Shown: positions 1-8,353 of the stretch, in pieces
Numbering within the stretch: position 1 is the first letter of the stretch
Layout of the letters: every line of letters begins with the position of its first letter
IMG/VR virus record: IMGVR_UViG_3300029982_000009
Reading direction: 5' to 3' (one strand)
Source: a virus
Lineage: Duplodnaviria > Caudoviricetes
DNA: 64,000 nt
Notes under the pieces: model-generated
Database searches by the model: none
What the model was told of the DNA's origin: nothing
Seen by the model: only the letters and a program-made list of their open reading frames with translations
Translations under genes and position numbers: made by a program

Positions 1-39
1 AGCAATCAACACCCACTAATTAACTCAAAAGGAAAAATA

Positions 40-351
40 ATGCCAGAATCTTCTGCTAATGTTGTAACTCGAACAAAAATTAATACCAAGGTTATTCCAC
101 CAACATTATATTCGGTTGTTTATCTAACCGATGAAAAAACTAGTGCGGTGTTTGTTGCCGAAACTTTAATTAGAATTTTTAATTTTGATATCGAATCGGC
201 TGCGGTATTAACTGAGGAAATTAGTACAACGGGCTCCGGTGTAGCCGCCGAAAATCTCACCAAAGAAATTGCAACACATCTTACCGAGTTGGTTTTACGA
301 GATGCTCAACTTCAGAATTATCCCTTGCGGGTGGAAGTTAGGGCCGAATAA
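40..351 (+). CDS. clpS: ClpS-like ATP-dependent Clp protease adaptor homologue
   Basis: PPTLYSVVYL..D..T...FV.E.L..IF....E.A pattern and length match ClpS; AAGGA RBS upstream; N-degron pocket residues divergent. Confidence 0.7.
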   Translation: MPESSANVVTRTKINTKVIPPTLYSVVYLTDEKTSAVFVAETLIRIFNFDIESAAVLTEEISTTGSGVAAENLTKEIATHLTELVLRDAQLQNYPLRVEVRAE

Positions 352-449
352 TAAAATTTTTTTATTCTGCAGAGTAAATTAATTTTTTCAGGAATTAGCA
401 AAATTCCAATTATTGCAAGAGAAACCAAAATAACCAAAATTTCAATCAT
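318..449 (-). CDS. putative small membrane protein (43 aa)
   Basis: MIEILVILVSLAIIGILLIP hydrophobic stretch, GGGGG RBS and TAAATA motif (464-469) upstream; overlaps end of clpS-like gene. Confidence 0.35.
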   Translation of the reverse strand: MIEILVILVSLAIIGILLIPEKINLLCRIKKFYYSALTSTRKG

Positions 450-488
450 ATTAACCCCCGATATATTTATCGGAAATAGGAGAAACAT

Positions 489-722
489 ATGTCTCAAAAT
501 TCTCAAAATTCTTTCCTTCACGATTTCTTGCGCGGAACCAGTCGCTCTCTCACCTCTCGTCAGGCGCGTTCTTATTTTGGCATTTTAAATTTACGTGCGC
601 GTATTTCAGAGCTTCGCCAGCTTGGTCTGCAAGTCAATACAGATAAGACCACGGATGGTCGGACCAAATATTGGATTAGTTCACGGGACGTATGGGGTTC
701 CAAGGCACGACTTTTCGCGTAA
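489..722 (+). CDS. small winged helix-turn-helix DNA-binding protein
   Basis: LTSRQARSYFGILNLRARISELRQLG HTH-like pattern; AGGAG RBS. Confidence 0.6.
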   Translation: MSQNSQNSFLHDFLRGTSRSLTSRQARSYFGILNLRARISELRQLGLQVNTDKTTDGRTKYWISSRDVWGSKARLFA

Positions 723-741
723 ACTACCTCTACTCAACTAC

Positions 742-771
742 AAAAGCCGAGCTGATTTCAGCTCGGCTTTT
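742..771. terminator. intrinsic terminator-like inverted repeat
   Basis: AAAAGCCGAGCTGA-TT-TCAGCTCGGCTTTT, 14 bp arms, T-tract follows. Confidence 0.75.
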
Positions 772-799
772 CGTTTTTCAGGCCCCAAAAGTAGCTTTG

Positions 800-1000
800 T
801 AGGTTGTTGAAAACAAAGGCCCGATTTCACGAATATGACGCCGTATGGCCCTTTAAGGGGGCTAGACGTGGCTGGGTATGGCTAAAATAGCAGGGGCATA
901 TTGGGGCGATTTAAGTCCTTTGTTTTCAAGGGATCAGTTTTTTCTGGGTTTTCCCCATTCTTCTCTTGCATTCGATACCGAGATTTGTTATACTATATTT
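800..1000 (+). repeat. promoter-linked ~200 bp intergenic module, copy 1
   Basis: TTGAAAACAAAGG (807-819) ... AAGTCCTTTGTTTTCAA (913-929) ... TTGCAT-N17-TATACT; similar to 46335-46540 and 61590-61800. Confidence 0.85.
966..994 (+). promoter_or_regulatory. sigma70-type early promoter
   Basis: TTGCAT (966-971), 17 nt, TATACT (989-994). Confidence 0.8.
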
Positions 1001-1020
1001 GTTGGTAAGGAGAGTAAAAC

Positions 1021-1197
1021 ATGGCTGCTACCTGCAAACGCAAAGACGACGATTTTCATATGTATTCGATTCCCGAGTTTCTCGTGGGTGAGTTTGACAA
1101 ACTGCTAGAAATCGCGCAAAATGCGCCATTTATGTCTTCGACTAAATGGGACGCGGAAGATCTGTTAAATGAAAAATTTAGCAAATACAGGATCTAG
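1021..1197 (+). CDS. hypothetical protein (58 aa, not in ORF track)
   Basis: AAGGAG RBS, ATG 1021, MAATCKRKDDDFHMYSIPEF...KYRI, TAG 1195-1197. Confidence 0.7.
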   Translation: MAATCKRKDDDFHMYSIPEFLVGEFDKLLEIAQNAPFMSSTKWDAEDLLNEKFSKYRI

Positions 1198-1200
1198 ATA

Positions 1201-1229
1201 TTGCAATCGGATTCAGAATTTGCTATAAT
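1201..1229 (+). promoter_or_regulatory. sigma70-type early promoter
   Basis: TTGCAA-N17-TATAAT with TG extension, followed by TATTTCAGTGAGG. Confidence 0.8.
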
Positions 1230-1249
1230 TATTTCAGTGAGGGAAACGA

Positions 1250-1552
1250 ATGAGCATTGCAACTACGATTTTTGAACAACTCGGTGGTAATCGATTTGTG
1301 GGAATGACCGGTGCGAGAAATTTTATCTCGCGTGGAAATTCCCTGACTTTCAAAATTACTAAGGCTTGCAACAAAATCACGCATGTTGAAATTGAACTCA
1401 CTCACTCGGATACTTATCGGATGGTGATGTATAATTGCCGTCATACGAAAAATGGTTTCAAGCAACAAATTGTTCGGGATATTTCTCCGGTCTACGCCGG
1501 CCAACTGCAAGGTATTTTTACAGAAGAAACTGGGCTCTACACAAGGCTGTAA
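1250..1552 (+). CDS. conserved phage hypothetical protein
   Basis: IFEQLGGNRFVGMTGA ... F...TGLYTRL pattern recurrent in phage early proteins; RBS and promoter upstream. Confidence 0.75.
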   Translation: MSIATTIFEQLGGNRFVGMTGARNFISRGNSLTFKITKACNKITHVEIELTHSDTYRMVMYNCRHTKNGFKQQIVRDISPVYAGQLQGIFTEETGLYTRL

Positions 1553-1566
1553 TTGAAAGGAAATCG

Positions 1567-1860
1567 ATGACACTGCAAGAATATGTAAATAACGGATCCG
1601 GTAGTTTTGCCACGATGTTCACCCCGGGAGATTTCATTATTTTTACCACCGGTGCTGGTATGTATCTAGGTGACAATAACACCTGGAATTTTCACCCGGG
1701 TCCGCTGCGCCAGGAATCGGATTGGGATGCCGCAACTAATATTGTCGGCGAAAAACTTTCTGCCATGATGAAGGCTGTTCTGCAAATGCACGTTATGGCG
1801 GTTAATCGCTATCCTTACGTAAATGAAGTTTTCGTTACGCCAAAAAGATCGACAATTTGA
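1567..1860 (+). CDS. hypothetical protein
   Basis: ORF-track 1435..1860 trimmed to ATG 1567 preceded by AAGGA. Confidence 0.65.
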   Translation: MTLQEYVNNGSGSFATMFTPGDFIIFTTGAGMYLGDNNTWNFHPGPLRQESDWDAATNIVGEKLSAMMKAVLQMHVMAVNRYPYVNEVFVTPKRSTI

Positions 1861-1868
1861 AACCTGTT

Positions 1869-2024
1869 ATGTCGCGCTCGGCCGGTAAACTGAGTATTAA
1901 ATTGCTAACACTCGTATGTACCTTTGTATTGTGCGCCTCTCTCATTTTAGTGCCGGATCAGATAAGCCATAGAACTATCTGCTTTATGCTGGCGATGGTA
2001 ATTTTTGTTCAAACCAACTTTTGA
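1869..2024 (+). CDS. small membrane protein (51 aa, not in ORF track)
   Basis: MSRSAGKLSIKLLTLVCTFVLCASLILV...FMLAMVIFVQTNF, two hydrophobic segments. Confidence 0.5.
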   Translation: MSRSAGKLSIKLLTLVCTFVLCASLILVPDQISHRTICFMLAMVIFVQTNF

Positions 2025-2053
2025 TTGACAACCACTAGTTAACCTGATACACT
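2025..2053 (+). promoter_or_regulatory. sigma70-type early promoter
   Basis: TTGACA-N17-TACACT. Confidence 0.75.
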
Positions 2054-2074
2054 GTAATTGAAAGGGAAATCATT

Positions 2075-2254
2075 ATGAAGAAGTCGAATTTGGTAGTTGT
2101 TGCAAAGAGCGAGTTTGAAAAGGCAAAGCAAACCGAAATTACTGTGGGTGAAGCCCACGCATTGTATGGAACCGGCGCGCATATTCTAATGCGGCCAGAC
2201 GGTACTATTAATTACCGAGATCCGGATTCAGACCGCGCAATTTTGTTCGATTAA
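2075..2254 (+). CDS. hypothetical protein (59 aa, not in ORF track)
   Basis: AAGGGA RBS, MKKSNLVVVAKSEFEK...ILFD. Confidence 0.65.
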   Translation: MKKSNLVVVAKSEFEKAKQTEITVGEAHALYGTGAHILMRPDGTINYRDPDSDRAILFD

Positions 2255-2274
2255 TTATTTTCTGGGAGCGTGCA

Positions 2275-3003
2275 ATGAGTGATACTACCCTAATTTCGTG
2301 CAATATTATCTGGGCAGCGGCGGTTGCTGCCCAGAGAATTAACGGGGCATATGTCAAACGGCATCTTAGTCTTACCATGTATGATCCTTATAACTGGGGT
2401 AAACTCGATCCAGATAATAGCAATAAATTAACAAATATCGCATTAATGCGGATTTTTATAAAATCTGGCATGACGGATGTGTCCGAGGATGATTTTGAAC
2501 AAGGAAAAATTATTCGTGATTATTTTTGCTCGTTAATTCATCTGGTGTTTTCAGATAATGCCGGTAAGTTTATTCGAGCTGCGATCACGGCCGCTACACT
2601 CACTGAGATTCCATTGGGAGATAAAACATTAGCCTTAATCGCGTCTTTGCCGAATATGTATTATGCTCGTATGGAGCAGGAATCTAATGAACGAGCTTAC
2701 GATGAGTTACTCGAAAAAAGTGTGCCGTTAAGCGTTTTATTTCCTGATCAGCTTACAAATAAGCTCCGAATCAAAATTGCTATAATGCAGCCGGTTGTGG
2801 GTTGTTCTTGTTCTTTTATTAAGGAAAGTGATATTACAGCAACGGTTACGGCTGATAACAGCCAATATTCACTTGTAAAATTTTGGGCAAATCCGCACAA
2901 CTGGGTAATCGGCGGGGAGTATGATATTTGTTGGTTTGGAAATAGCCAGTTAGACGGTAAGATAAGCAGGCTTTTGTCTGTCGTTCAGAAAGGTACGCTG
3001 TGA
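2275..3003 (+). CDS. conserved jumbo-phage hypothetical protein
   Basis: 242 aa ORF, GGGAG RBS, AAAVAAQRING.YVK N-terminal motif. Confidence 0.75.
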   Translation: MSDTTLISCNIIWAAAVAAQRINGAYVKRHLSLTMYDPYNWGKLDPDNSNKLTNIALMRIFIKSGMTDVSEDDFEQGKIIRDYFCSLIHLVFSDNAGKFIRAAITAATLTEIPLGDKTLALIASLPNMYYARMEQESNERAYDELLEKSVPLSVLFPDQLTNKLRIKIAIMQPVVGCSCSFIKESDITATVTADNSQYSLVKFWANPHNWVIGGEYDICWFGNSQLDGKISRLLSVVQKGTL

Positions 3004-3740
3004 GGAAAAAATTTGTTACTACCTCGATTGCACTTCAGATGCCTGTGAAAGAATTATTTGCATTAATGGATAAGGATTCGACCGAGGGTCAAACCCATAA
3101 AAATTGGTGTAAAATTTTCGATATCGACGGCATAAATTATGGTGGAAAATTACGTTCCATCAGATTGCAATGTATTAAAAGAAGTCCCGTTTGTTGTGAA
3201 TGTGGGCTCGTTGCGACGGATGCTAGTCTAGAAACCAACAAAACAAATCTTCCGAATGGATACCATTTCAATGTGTATTCTGCGAACGGAATTTTGTTTA
3301 CTATGGATCACATTTTTCCAGCATCATTGGGAGGGCCATCTGCTCTGGGTAATTTACAGACAATGTGCTCAACTTGCAACGGTAAGAAAAAGAACGATTT
3401 AGATTTCGGAAGGATTTTCACTATTCCGGAAAAGGAAATTAAGACAATATGCAGCAACATAAATCGCCAGCCACAAACAATCCCCACATTGCTGGGGCTG
3501 TTACTCTCACCATCGTTCAAGGAGAATCGGGAAGCGGTAAGAGCACTTGGGCGCGTGAGTATATCGACCAACACAGAGAAAGAAAAATTGTGCGGATTAA
3601 TCGAGATGATATTCGATCAATGTTACATTCATCCGATACCTCGTTGGAAAAAGATGTTGCTGCCGTTGAAGAGCTTCAAATTCGACATTTTTTATCTAAT
3701 GGCTATTCGGTTTTGCTGGACAATACCCATCTTTCTTTAA
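3000..3740 (+). CDS. HNH endonuclease
   Basis: CCEC ... TMDHIFP.S.GG.S..GNLQTMC..CN..K HNH signature; 3' part overlaps the next gene. Confidence 0.8.
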   Translation: MRKKFVTTSIALQMPVKELFALMDKDSTEGQTHKNWCKIFDIDGINYGGKLRSIRLQCIKRSPVCCECGLVATDASLETNKTNLPNGYHFNVYSANGILFTMDHIFPASLGGPSALGNLQTMCSTCNGKKKNDLDFGRIFTIPEKEIKTICSNINRQPQTIPTLLGLLLSPSFKENREAVRALGRVSISTNTEKEKLCGLIEMIFDQCYIHPIPRWKKMLLPLKSFKFDIFYLMAIRFCWTIPIFL

Positions 3741-4417
3741 GTTCTGTTTCAAGGTTGCAAAACATTGCTGCAAATATGAAAGTTTCTTCGTATATTCATC
3801 GAATGGAAACAAGCCTTGAAGATTGTATTCAGCATGATGAAGGCCGTATCGGTAAATCTCATGTTGGCCGAGCTGTAATTTGCCGCCAATTTCTTAAGAG
3901 TGGCAGGTTGCAACTTGATCCCAATAAAAAGATTGTGCTTGTAGATGTAGACGGTACCCTTGCCAATTCTACTGGAATCCGTAGTCCATACGATGAAGAT
4001 GCAGTAGGGAAGGATAGAGTTTATCCATTGATTGCTGCGTGGGTTCGTGAATTAGCTAAAGATCATACAATTTTAATTGTATCAGGCAGACATTCTACAT
4101 GCGGAGACGCGACTATTGCTTGGCTAAATTTTTATCAAATCCCATTTGATCATATCTTTATGCGGCACGGTTGGGATTCTAGACATGACTATATCGCAAA
4201 AAGTGAAATTCTCAACGAATTACTCGGCCTTGTGTCAAAGGAACAAATTCTAATGGCAATCGACGACAGATATCAGGTTGTTGAAAAAGCATGGCGGGCC
4301 AACGGTATTAAGTGTATTCCTGTTCGGGGAACTCCTCATCATTCATTAACCTGCCCAAATTTGGGAGTTGATTCGAAAAAAACCTGTGAACATTGCGGCG
4401 CGATTGGAAATTTCTAA
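3449..4417 (+). CDS. pseT: polynucleotide 5'-kinase/3'-phosphatase (T4 PseT-like)
   Basis: GESGSGKST Walker A + RINRDDIR kinase domain; VDVDGT HAD motif, SGR, IDDRYQV. Confidence 0.9.
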   Translation: MQQHKSPATNNPHIAGAVTLTIVQGESGSGKSTWAREYIDQHRERKIVRINRDDIRSMLHSSDTSLEKDVAAVEELQIRHFLSNGYSVLLDNTHLSLSSVSRLQNIAANMKVSSYIHRMETSLEDCIQHDEGRIGKSHVGRAVICRQFLKSGRLQLDPNKKIVLVDVDGTLANSTGIRSPYDEDAVGKDRVYPLIAAWVRELAKDHTILIVSGRHSTCGDATIAWLNFYQIPFDHIFMRHGWDSRHDYIAKSEILNELLGLVSKEQILMAIDDRYQVVEKAWRANGIKCIPVRGTPHHSLTCPNLGVDSKKTCEHCGAIGNF

Positions 4418-4481
4418 ATAAGAAACCCGCTAATTAATTGGAAATCGGACGAGTATGGTATTTAAGAAATAAGGAGTATTT

Positions 4482-5582
4482 ATGGCAATTTGGGAAACCT
4501 TTGCGACAAAGATTGAATTACTGCCCCACCCTAATGCAGATCGTATGCAGATCGGTCGAGCCGGCAAATTTCAAATTGTTGTTGGTATGGGACAATATCA
4601 AAATGGGGATGTGATCGTATTCGCGCCGGAGAGAGCAATTCTGCCGGATTCGTTGAAAAGCGAATATGTTAATTCAGCAACCGGTATTAGTTATCTAACC
4701 GGTTCCGAACATAATCGAGTTAAACAGGTTCGTCTGCGTGGAGAATTAAGTGAGGGAGTAACTCTGCCAATTGATTGGGTTCTTGCCACCGTCCCCGAAT
4801 GGAATGCGGTTGAGAATATCCCTCTTAATGTGGATATTTCAGAAAAATTAGGAATCTATAAATATCAGCCGGTAATTCCATATAATATGTCGGGAATTAT
4901 TAATTCATTTGACTCTGTTAATTTCGGGTCCCGAGCAGCCCACCACGACGTTGAACAATTTCGACTGTTTGCAGATGAATTTGTATTTGGTGAGGATTGT
5001 ATTACTTCAGAAAAAATTCACGGTTCTCAGGGAAATTTCTATTTTTCAAAGACAGGAGAAATCGGGGTAACTAGCAAGGGGATGAATGAGCGAGATCAAG
5101 TAATAGAGCGCTCGGAAAAGAATCTTTACTGGCAGGCATTAGAAAATTCTGGGTTAATCAACCTAGTAAAATGCGATCTATTAGAACCCGAAAGTATTGA
5201 TCTTAAAAATTTTGATGTTCAGTTTGTGGGGGAAGTTATTCCTTGTCAGCCTGGATATTCGTACGGACAAGATAAGCCGACAATTAAACTTTTTAGAATA
5301 CGAATCGACGGACGAGAGTTATCGGTTGATGAAATCGAAACAACGTTCGGTAAATCGTTTATTGAAAAGTATTGGGTGCCAATTTTATATCGTGGACCGT
5401 TTGATCCCAGTGTTTTTGAAAAACTAAGCGGCGGAATGGAAACAGTATCCGGTAAAAGTTTGCATATTCGAGAGGGAATTGTAATTACTCCCGCAGTGCC
5501 AAGAGTCGCCCGCCGTGGTTTTAATCTTTCGTTGAAATTTTTGAATCGAAAATATAAATCTTCAGATGAGGACCTGTCCTAA
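4482..5582 (+). CDS. RNA ligase, DRB0094-like family
   Basis: PHPNADR N-terminus, RLRGELSEG, SEKIHGS (motif I), VGEV, REGIVI motifs. Confidence 0.85.
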   Translation: MAIWETFATKIELLPHPNADRMQIGRAGKFQIVVGMGQYQNGDVIVFAPERAILPDSLKSEYVNSATGISYLTGSEHNRVKQVRLRGELSEGVTLPIDWVLATVPEWNAVENIPLNVDISEKLGIYKYQPVIPYNMSGIINSFDSVNFGSRAAHHDVEQFRLFADEFVFGEDCITSEKIHGSQGNFYFSKTGEIGVTSKGMNERDQVIERSEKNLYWQALENSGLINLVKCDLLEPESIDLKNFDVQFVGEVIPCQPGYSYGQDKPTIKLFRIRIDGRELSVDEIETTFGKSFIEKYWVPILYRGPFDPSVFEKLSGGMETVSGKSLHIREGIVITPAVPRVARRGFNLSLKFLNRKYKSSDEDLS

Positions 5583-5914
5583 TGATTTCTGAAGATTTAT
5601 ATAATACAACAATTAAAAATCTTCTTGCCATTAAGACGTATGCGGCAACGTTGTACGATGAATGGCAAGATGTACTTATCGAAGAACTAGGCACTGGATT
5701 AGTTAAACCGTCTTTTTGGGCCAGGAGTTCAAAACAAAAAGCAAACGTACTTTCTATGGAATTATTAGAGTCGGATATTTATATTAATGCTCGAAAATCA
5801 GGTGCGTTAAAAATTCCTGTGTCCTATCTTAACAATCCGGATTGGAAAAATTGCCTTCGGAAGAAATTAAAACGACGGAAAAATAAATTACTGATTGATA
5901 AATTGTCGGAGTAG
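5582..5914 (+). CDS. hypothetical protein, paralogue family B (ends LIDKLSE)
   Basis: LYDEWQ and C-terminal KLSE shared with 5917 and 6469. Confidence 0.75.
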   Translation: MISEDLYNTTIKNLLAIKTYAATLYDEWQDVLIEELGTGLVKPSFWARSSKQKANVLSMELLESDIYINARKSGALKIPVSYLNNPDWKNCLRKKLKRRKNKLLIDKLSE

Positions 5915-5916
5915 GT

Positions 5917-6243
5917 ATGATTCCCGTAGAAGTAGTTAAAATTGTTGCCGAAAATACCGAGTTAATCGAAAAAGAGATTGAACACATTTACGCCGAATGG
6001 CAGGCAATTAAATTGAAAAATTTAGGATATACCTGGGGGTTTGGACGTCGTTCAAAAGATACAACTATTCGACCAGTATATAATCGTAAATGGAATTTAA
6101 AATTTATCACTGTTAATAGTGGTCAGGGATGTGAATTTATTTTTCCTACTCGATGGATAAGCGATGAAAATTGGAAAATTGAAGCGATGCTCGGTATAAC
6201 CAACGAAGTAAATCTAGTATTGATTGAAAAATTATCGGAATAG
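5917..6243 (+). CDS. hypothetical protein, paralogue family B (ends LIEKLSE)
   Basis: IYAEWQAIKLKNLGYTWG aligned with 6469 ORF. Confidence 0.75.
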   Translation: MIPVEVVKIVAENTELIEKEIEHIYAEWQAIKLKNLGYTWGFGRRSKDTTIRPVYNRKWNLKFITVNSGQGCEFIFPTRWISDENWKIEAMLGITNEVNLVLIEKLSE

Positions 6244-6252
6244 GAAAATATT

Positions 6253-6468
6253 ATGACTTTTGACCCATTACAACTCGATGCACAATTACAGAGATGCGCT
6301 CAAGAACTACCCGAAGGCTACCGCATAGTCATACAAGTCGAACGGGATTCTGGGTGGGTTAATCTTATGGATCCGAATGGAGATTATGTCGAATACCCAT
6401 GCAATAATGAATATGGGTTAATCGAACAGGTAATGGATGCACTGGAATTTTCAAAAAGTTTGGTGTAA
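6253..6468 (+). CDS. hypothetical protein
   Basis: 71 aa ORF with AGGA RBS in tightly packed operon. Confidence 0.7.
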   Translation: MTFDPLQLDAQLQRCAQELPEGYRIVIQVERDSGWVNLMDPNGDYVEYPCNNEYGLIEQVMDALEFSKSLV

Positions 6469-6807
6469 ATGTGTTTACTAGAAAAACGAGTTCTTGCTGC
6501 AATACGCGATCGTGTAGAGATAGAAAACGAAATTGCCATAATTTATGACGAATACCAGCGGTTAAAACTTAAAATTTTAGGATATACCTGGGGAAACGAT
6601 GGTAATTATGGAACAACCTTTACGCAGGTCTCTGAGGTGTGCATAATAGAATCGATCACTGAAAAACATATCACTATTAACCCAAATAGATATAACGAAT
6701 TAGTAATGCCAACCGTTTGGGTAAGTAATCCGAATTGGCAGGATGAAGCGACAGAAATTTTAAAGGAAATACTAGGTCATAATTTGCTTGAAAAGTTATC
6801 TGAATAA
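6469..6807 (+). CDS. hypothetical protein, paralogue family B (ends LLEKLSE)
   Basis: IYDEYQRLKLKILGYTWG aligned with 5917 ORF. Confidence 0.75.
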   Translation: MCLLEKRVLAAIRDRVEIENEIAIIYDEYQRLKLKILGYTWGNDGNYGTTFTQVSEVCIIESITEKHITINPNRYNELVMPTVWVSNPNWQDEATEILKEILGHNLLEKLSE

Positions 6808-6816
6808 TGCTATAAT
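6788..6816 (+). promoter_or_regulatory. sigma70-type promoter, probably leaderless
   Basis: TTGAAA-N17-TATAAT, ATG 6 nt downstream. Confidence 0.65.
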
Positions 6817-6822
6817 AAAACT

Positions 6823-7194
6823 ATGAAAACTTGTTCTTCAATTACCGCAAATATTTTCGTTGGCCTCAGAGAGGCATATTCCGATAAGATTCAGACATTG
6901 GATGCCGCTCGGGATATTTTGCATAACTATTGTGATTCAAAAGGTTTATGCGTATCGCTAACACCAACGGAATTTATCTATACTAGCTCGGCAGATAAAA
7001 ATATAGATGGATTTGAACCCGGATTTATCGTAGGCTTAATTAATTATCCCTTGTATCCATCAACACCAGAAAAAATTTACGAACATGCAAGTATTCTTGC
7101 TAAAGAGTTATTGCTAATGTACGGGGAATTAAAGGTAACGGTCATTATGGAAGATAAAACCATAACGATAGAAAAGAGCGACTGCGATGGTTAA
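6823..7194 (+). CDS. conserved phage hypothetical protein
   Basis: TPTEFIYT...EPGFIVGLINYP motif. Confidence 0.75.
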   Translation: MKTCSSITANIFVGLREAYSDKIQTLDAARDILHNYCDSKGLCVSLTPTEFIYTSSADKNIDGFEPGFIVGLINYPLYPSTPEKIYEHASILAKELLLMYGELKVTVIMEDKTITIEKSDCDG

Positions 7195-8287
7195 ACTAGA
7201 TCAAATTATGAATGTCGATATCTTAGAAGAATTAATTAAGAATCGATTTATCTCGAGAAAATTTCATTCAACATTTCCTCTGGCAATTTTGAATTATACC
7301 CAGATCGCTCAATTTAGCAAGGATTTAGTCTGGGGTCCCGAAATGAATTCTTGCCGAGGTCTAATTTACCGTACGGATACGACAGAAATTGTTGCTAGAC
7401 CGTTTGCGAAATTTTGGAACTTAAATGACGCACGACATCCCGAGACTCTAGAGATTAATCTTCCTCCTGGAGTTCCCCTGTTAACGACTAAAATGGACGG
7501 ATCGTTAGGCATACTGTATTCGTGGGACAACCAAAATTATGTAGCAACTCGTGGTTCATTTGAATCAGACCAGGCTCATTGGGCAACCGAATGGCTGCAA
7601 AAAAAGTACCCCCGATTAAAACTTCCGCGGGATTATACTCTGTTAACCGAAGTTATTTTTTCAGAAAATAGAATAGTCGTGCAATACGATTTTGAAGGCC
7701 TTGTAACCCTAGGCGCAATTCACAATGAAACCGGTAAGGAATTATCGCGTTCGGATTTAAAATCATACTGCATCGCGAATGAATTACCGTTGGTTAAAGA
7801 TCACGTTAAAGACTTAAAAACTTGCGTAGCAGAAAATATTCGAAATCAGGAAGGATATGTTGCAACATACTCAACTGGGTTCAAAGTCAAAATTAAATTT
7901 GAAACCTATTGCCAATTGCATCGAATTTTGACGGGATTAAATCCGCATACTATCTGGGAAATGCATCGAGACGGAAAAAATGAAGAACTTCTTGCTTGGG
8001 CAGCAGATGAAATTATCCCCACCGAATTTAAGGCCTGGTTGAATAAATGGAATTTACAATTAACCAATGATTACTACAAAATACTATTTGTGGCTCAACG
8101 AATTCTAGATCGTAAACCGAGTGGAGGTACACGAAAAGATATCGCTGCATTTTTCTTACAGACCGATCACAAATATTATGCATCAATTTTATTTGGGTTG
8201 CTCGATGGTAAAGATGTGTCCGAAACTATTTGGAAATTGATTGAACCTAAATCAACCGATACTTTCAGAGAAGATATTGAAATATAA
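7187..8287 (+). CDS. RNA ligase 1 (T4 RnlA-like)
   Basis: CRGLI, RPFAKFWN, TTKMDGSLG (motif I), LTEVI, EGYV, KVKIK motifs. Confidence 0.88.
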   Translation: MVKLDQIMNVDILEELIKNRFISRKFHSTFPLAILNYTQIAQFSKDLVWGPEMNSCRGLIYRTDTTEIVARPFAKFWNLNDARHPETLEINLPPGVPLLTTKMDGSLGILYSWDNQNYVATRGSFESDQAHWATEWLQKKYPRLKLPRDYTLLTEVIFSENRIVVQYDFEGLVTLGAIHNETGKELSRSDLKSYCIANELPLVKDHVKDLKTCVAENIRNQEGYVATYSTGFKVKIKFETYCQLHRILTGLNPHTIWEMHRDGKNEELLAWAADEIIPTEFKAWLNKWNLQLTNDYYKILFVAQRILDRKPSGGTRKDIAAFFLQTDHKYYASILFGLLDGKDVSETIWKLIEPKSTDTFREDIEI

Positions 8288-8298
8288 AGGAAAACTAT

Positions 8299-8345
8299 TA
8301 GATAGAAAAGCAGTAAGAGGTTAACTCTTACTGCTTTTCTATCTA
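8299..8345. terminator. bidirectional terminator between convergent operons
   Basis: 21 bp perfect arms TAGATAGAAAAGCAGTAAGAG / CTCTTACTGCTTTTCTATCTA, 5 nt loop. Confidence 0.85.
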
Positions 8346-8353
8346 GCAATCGT

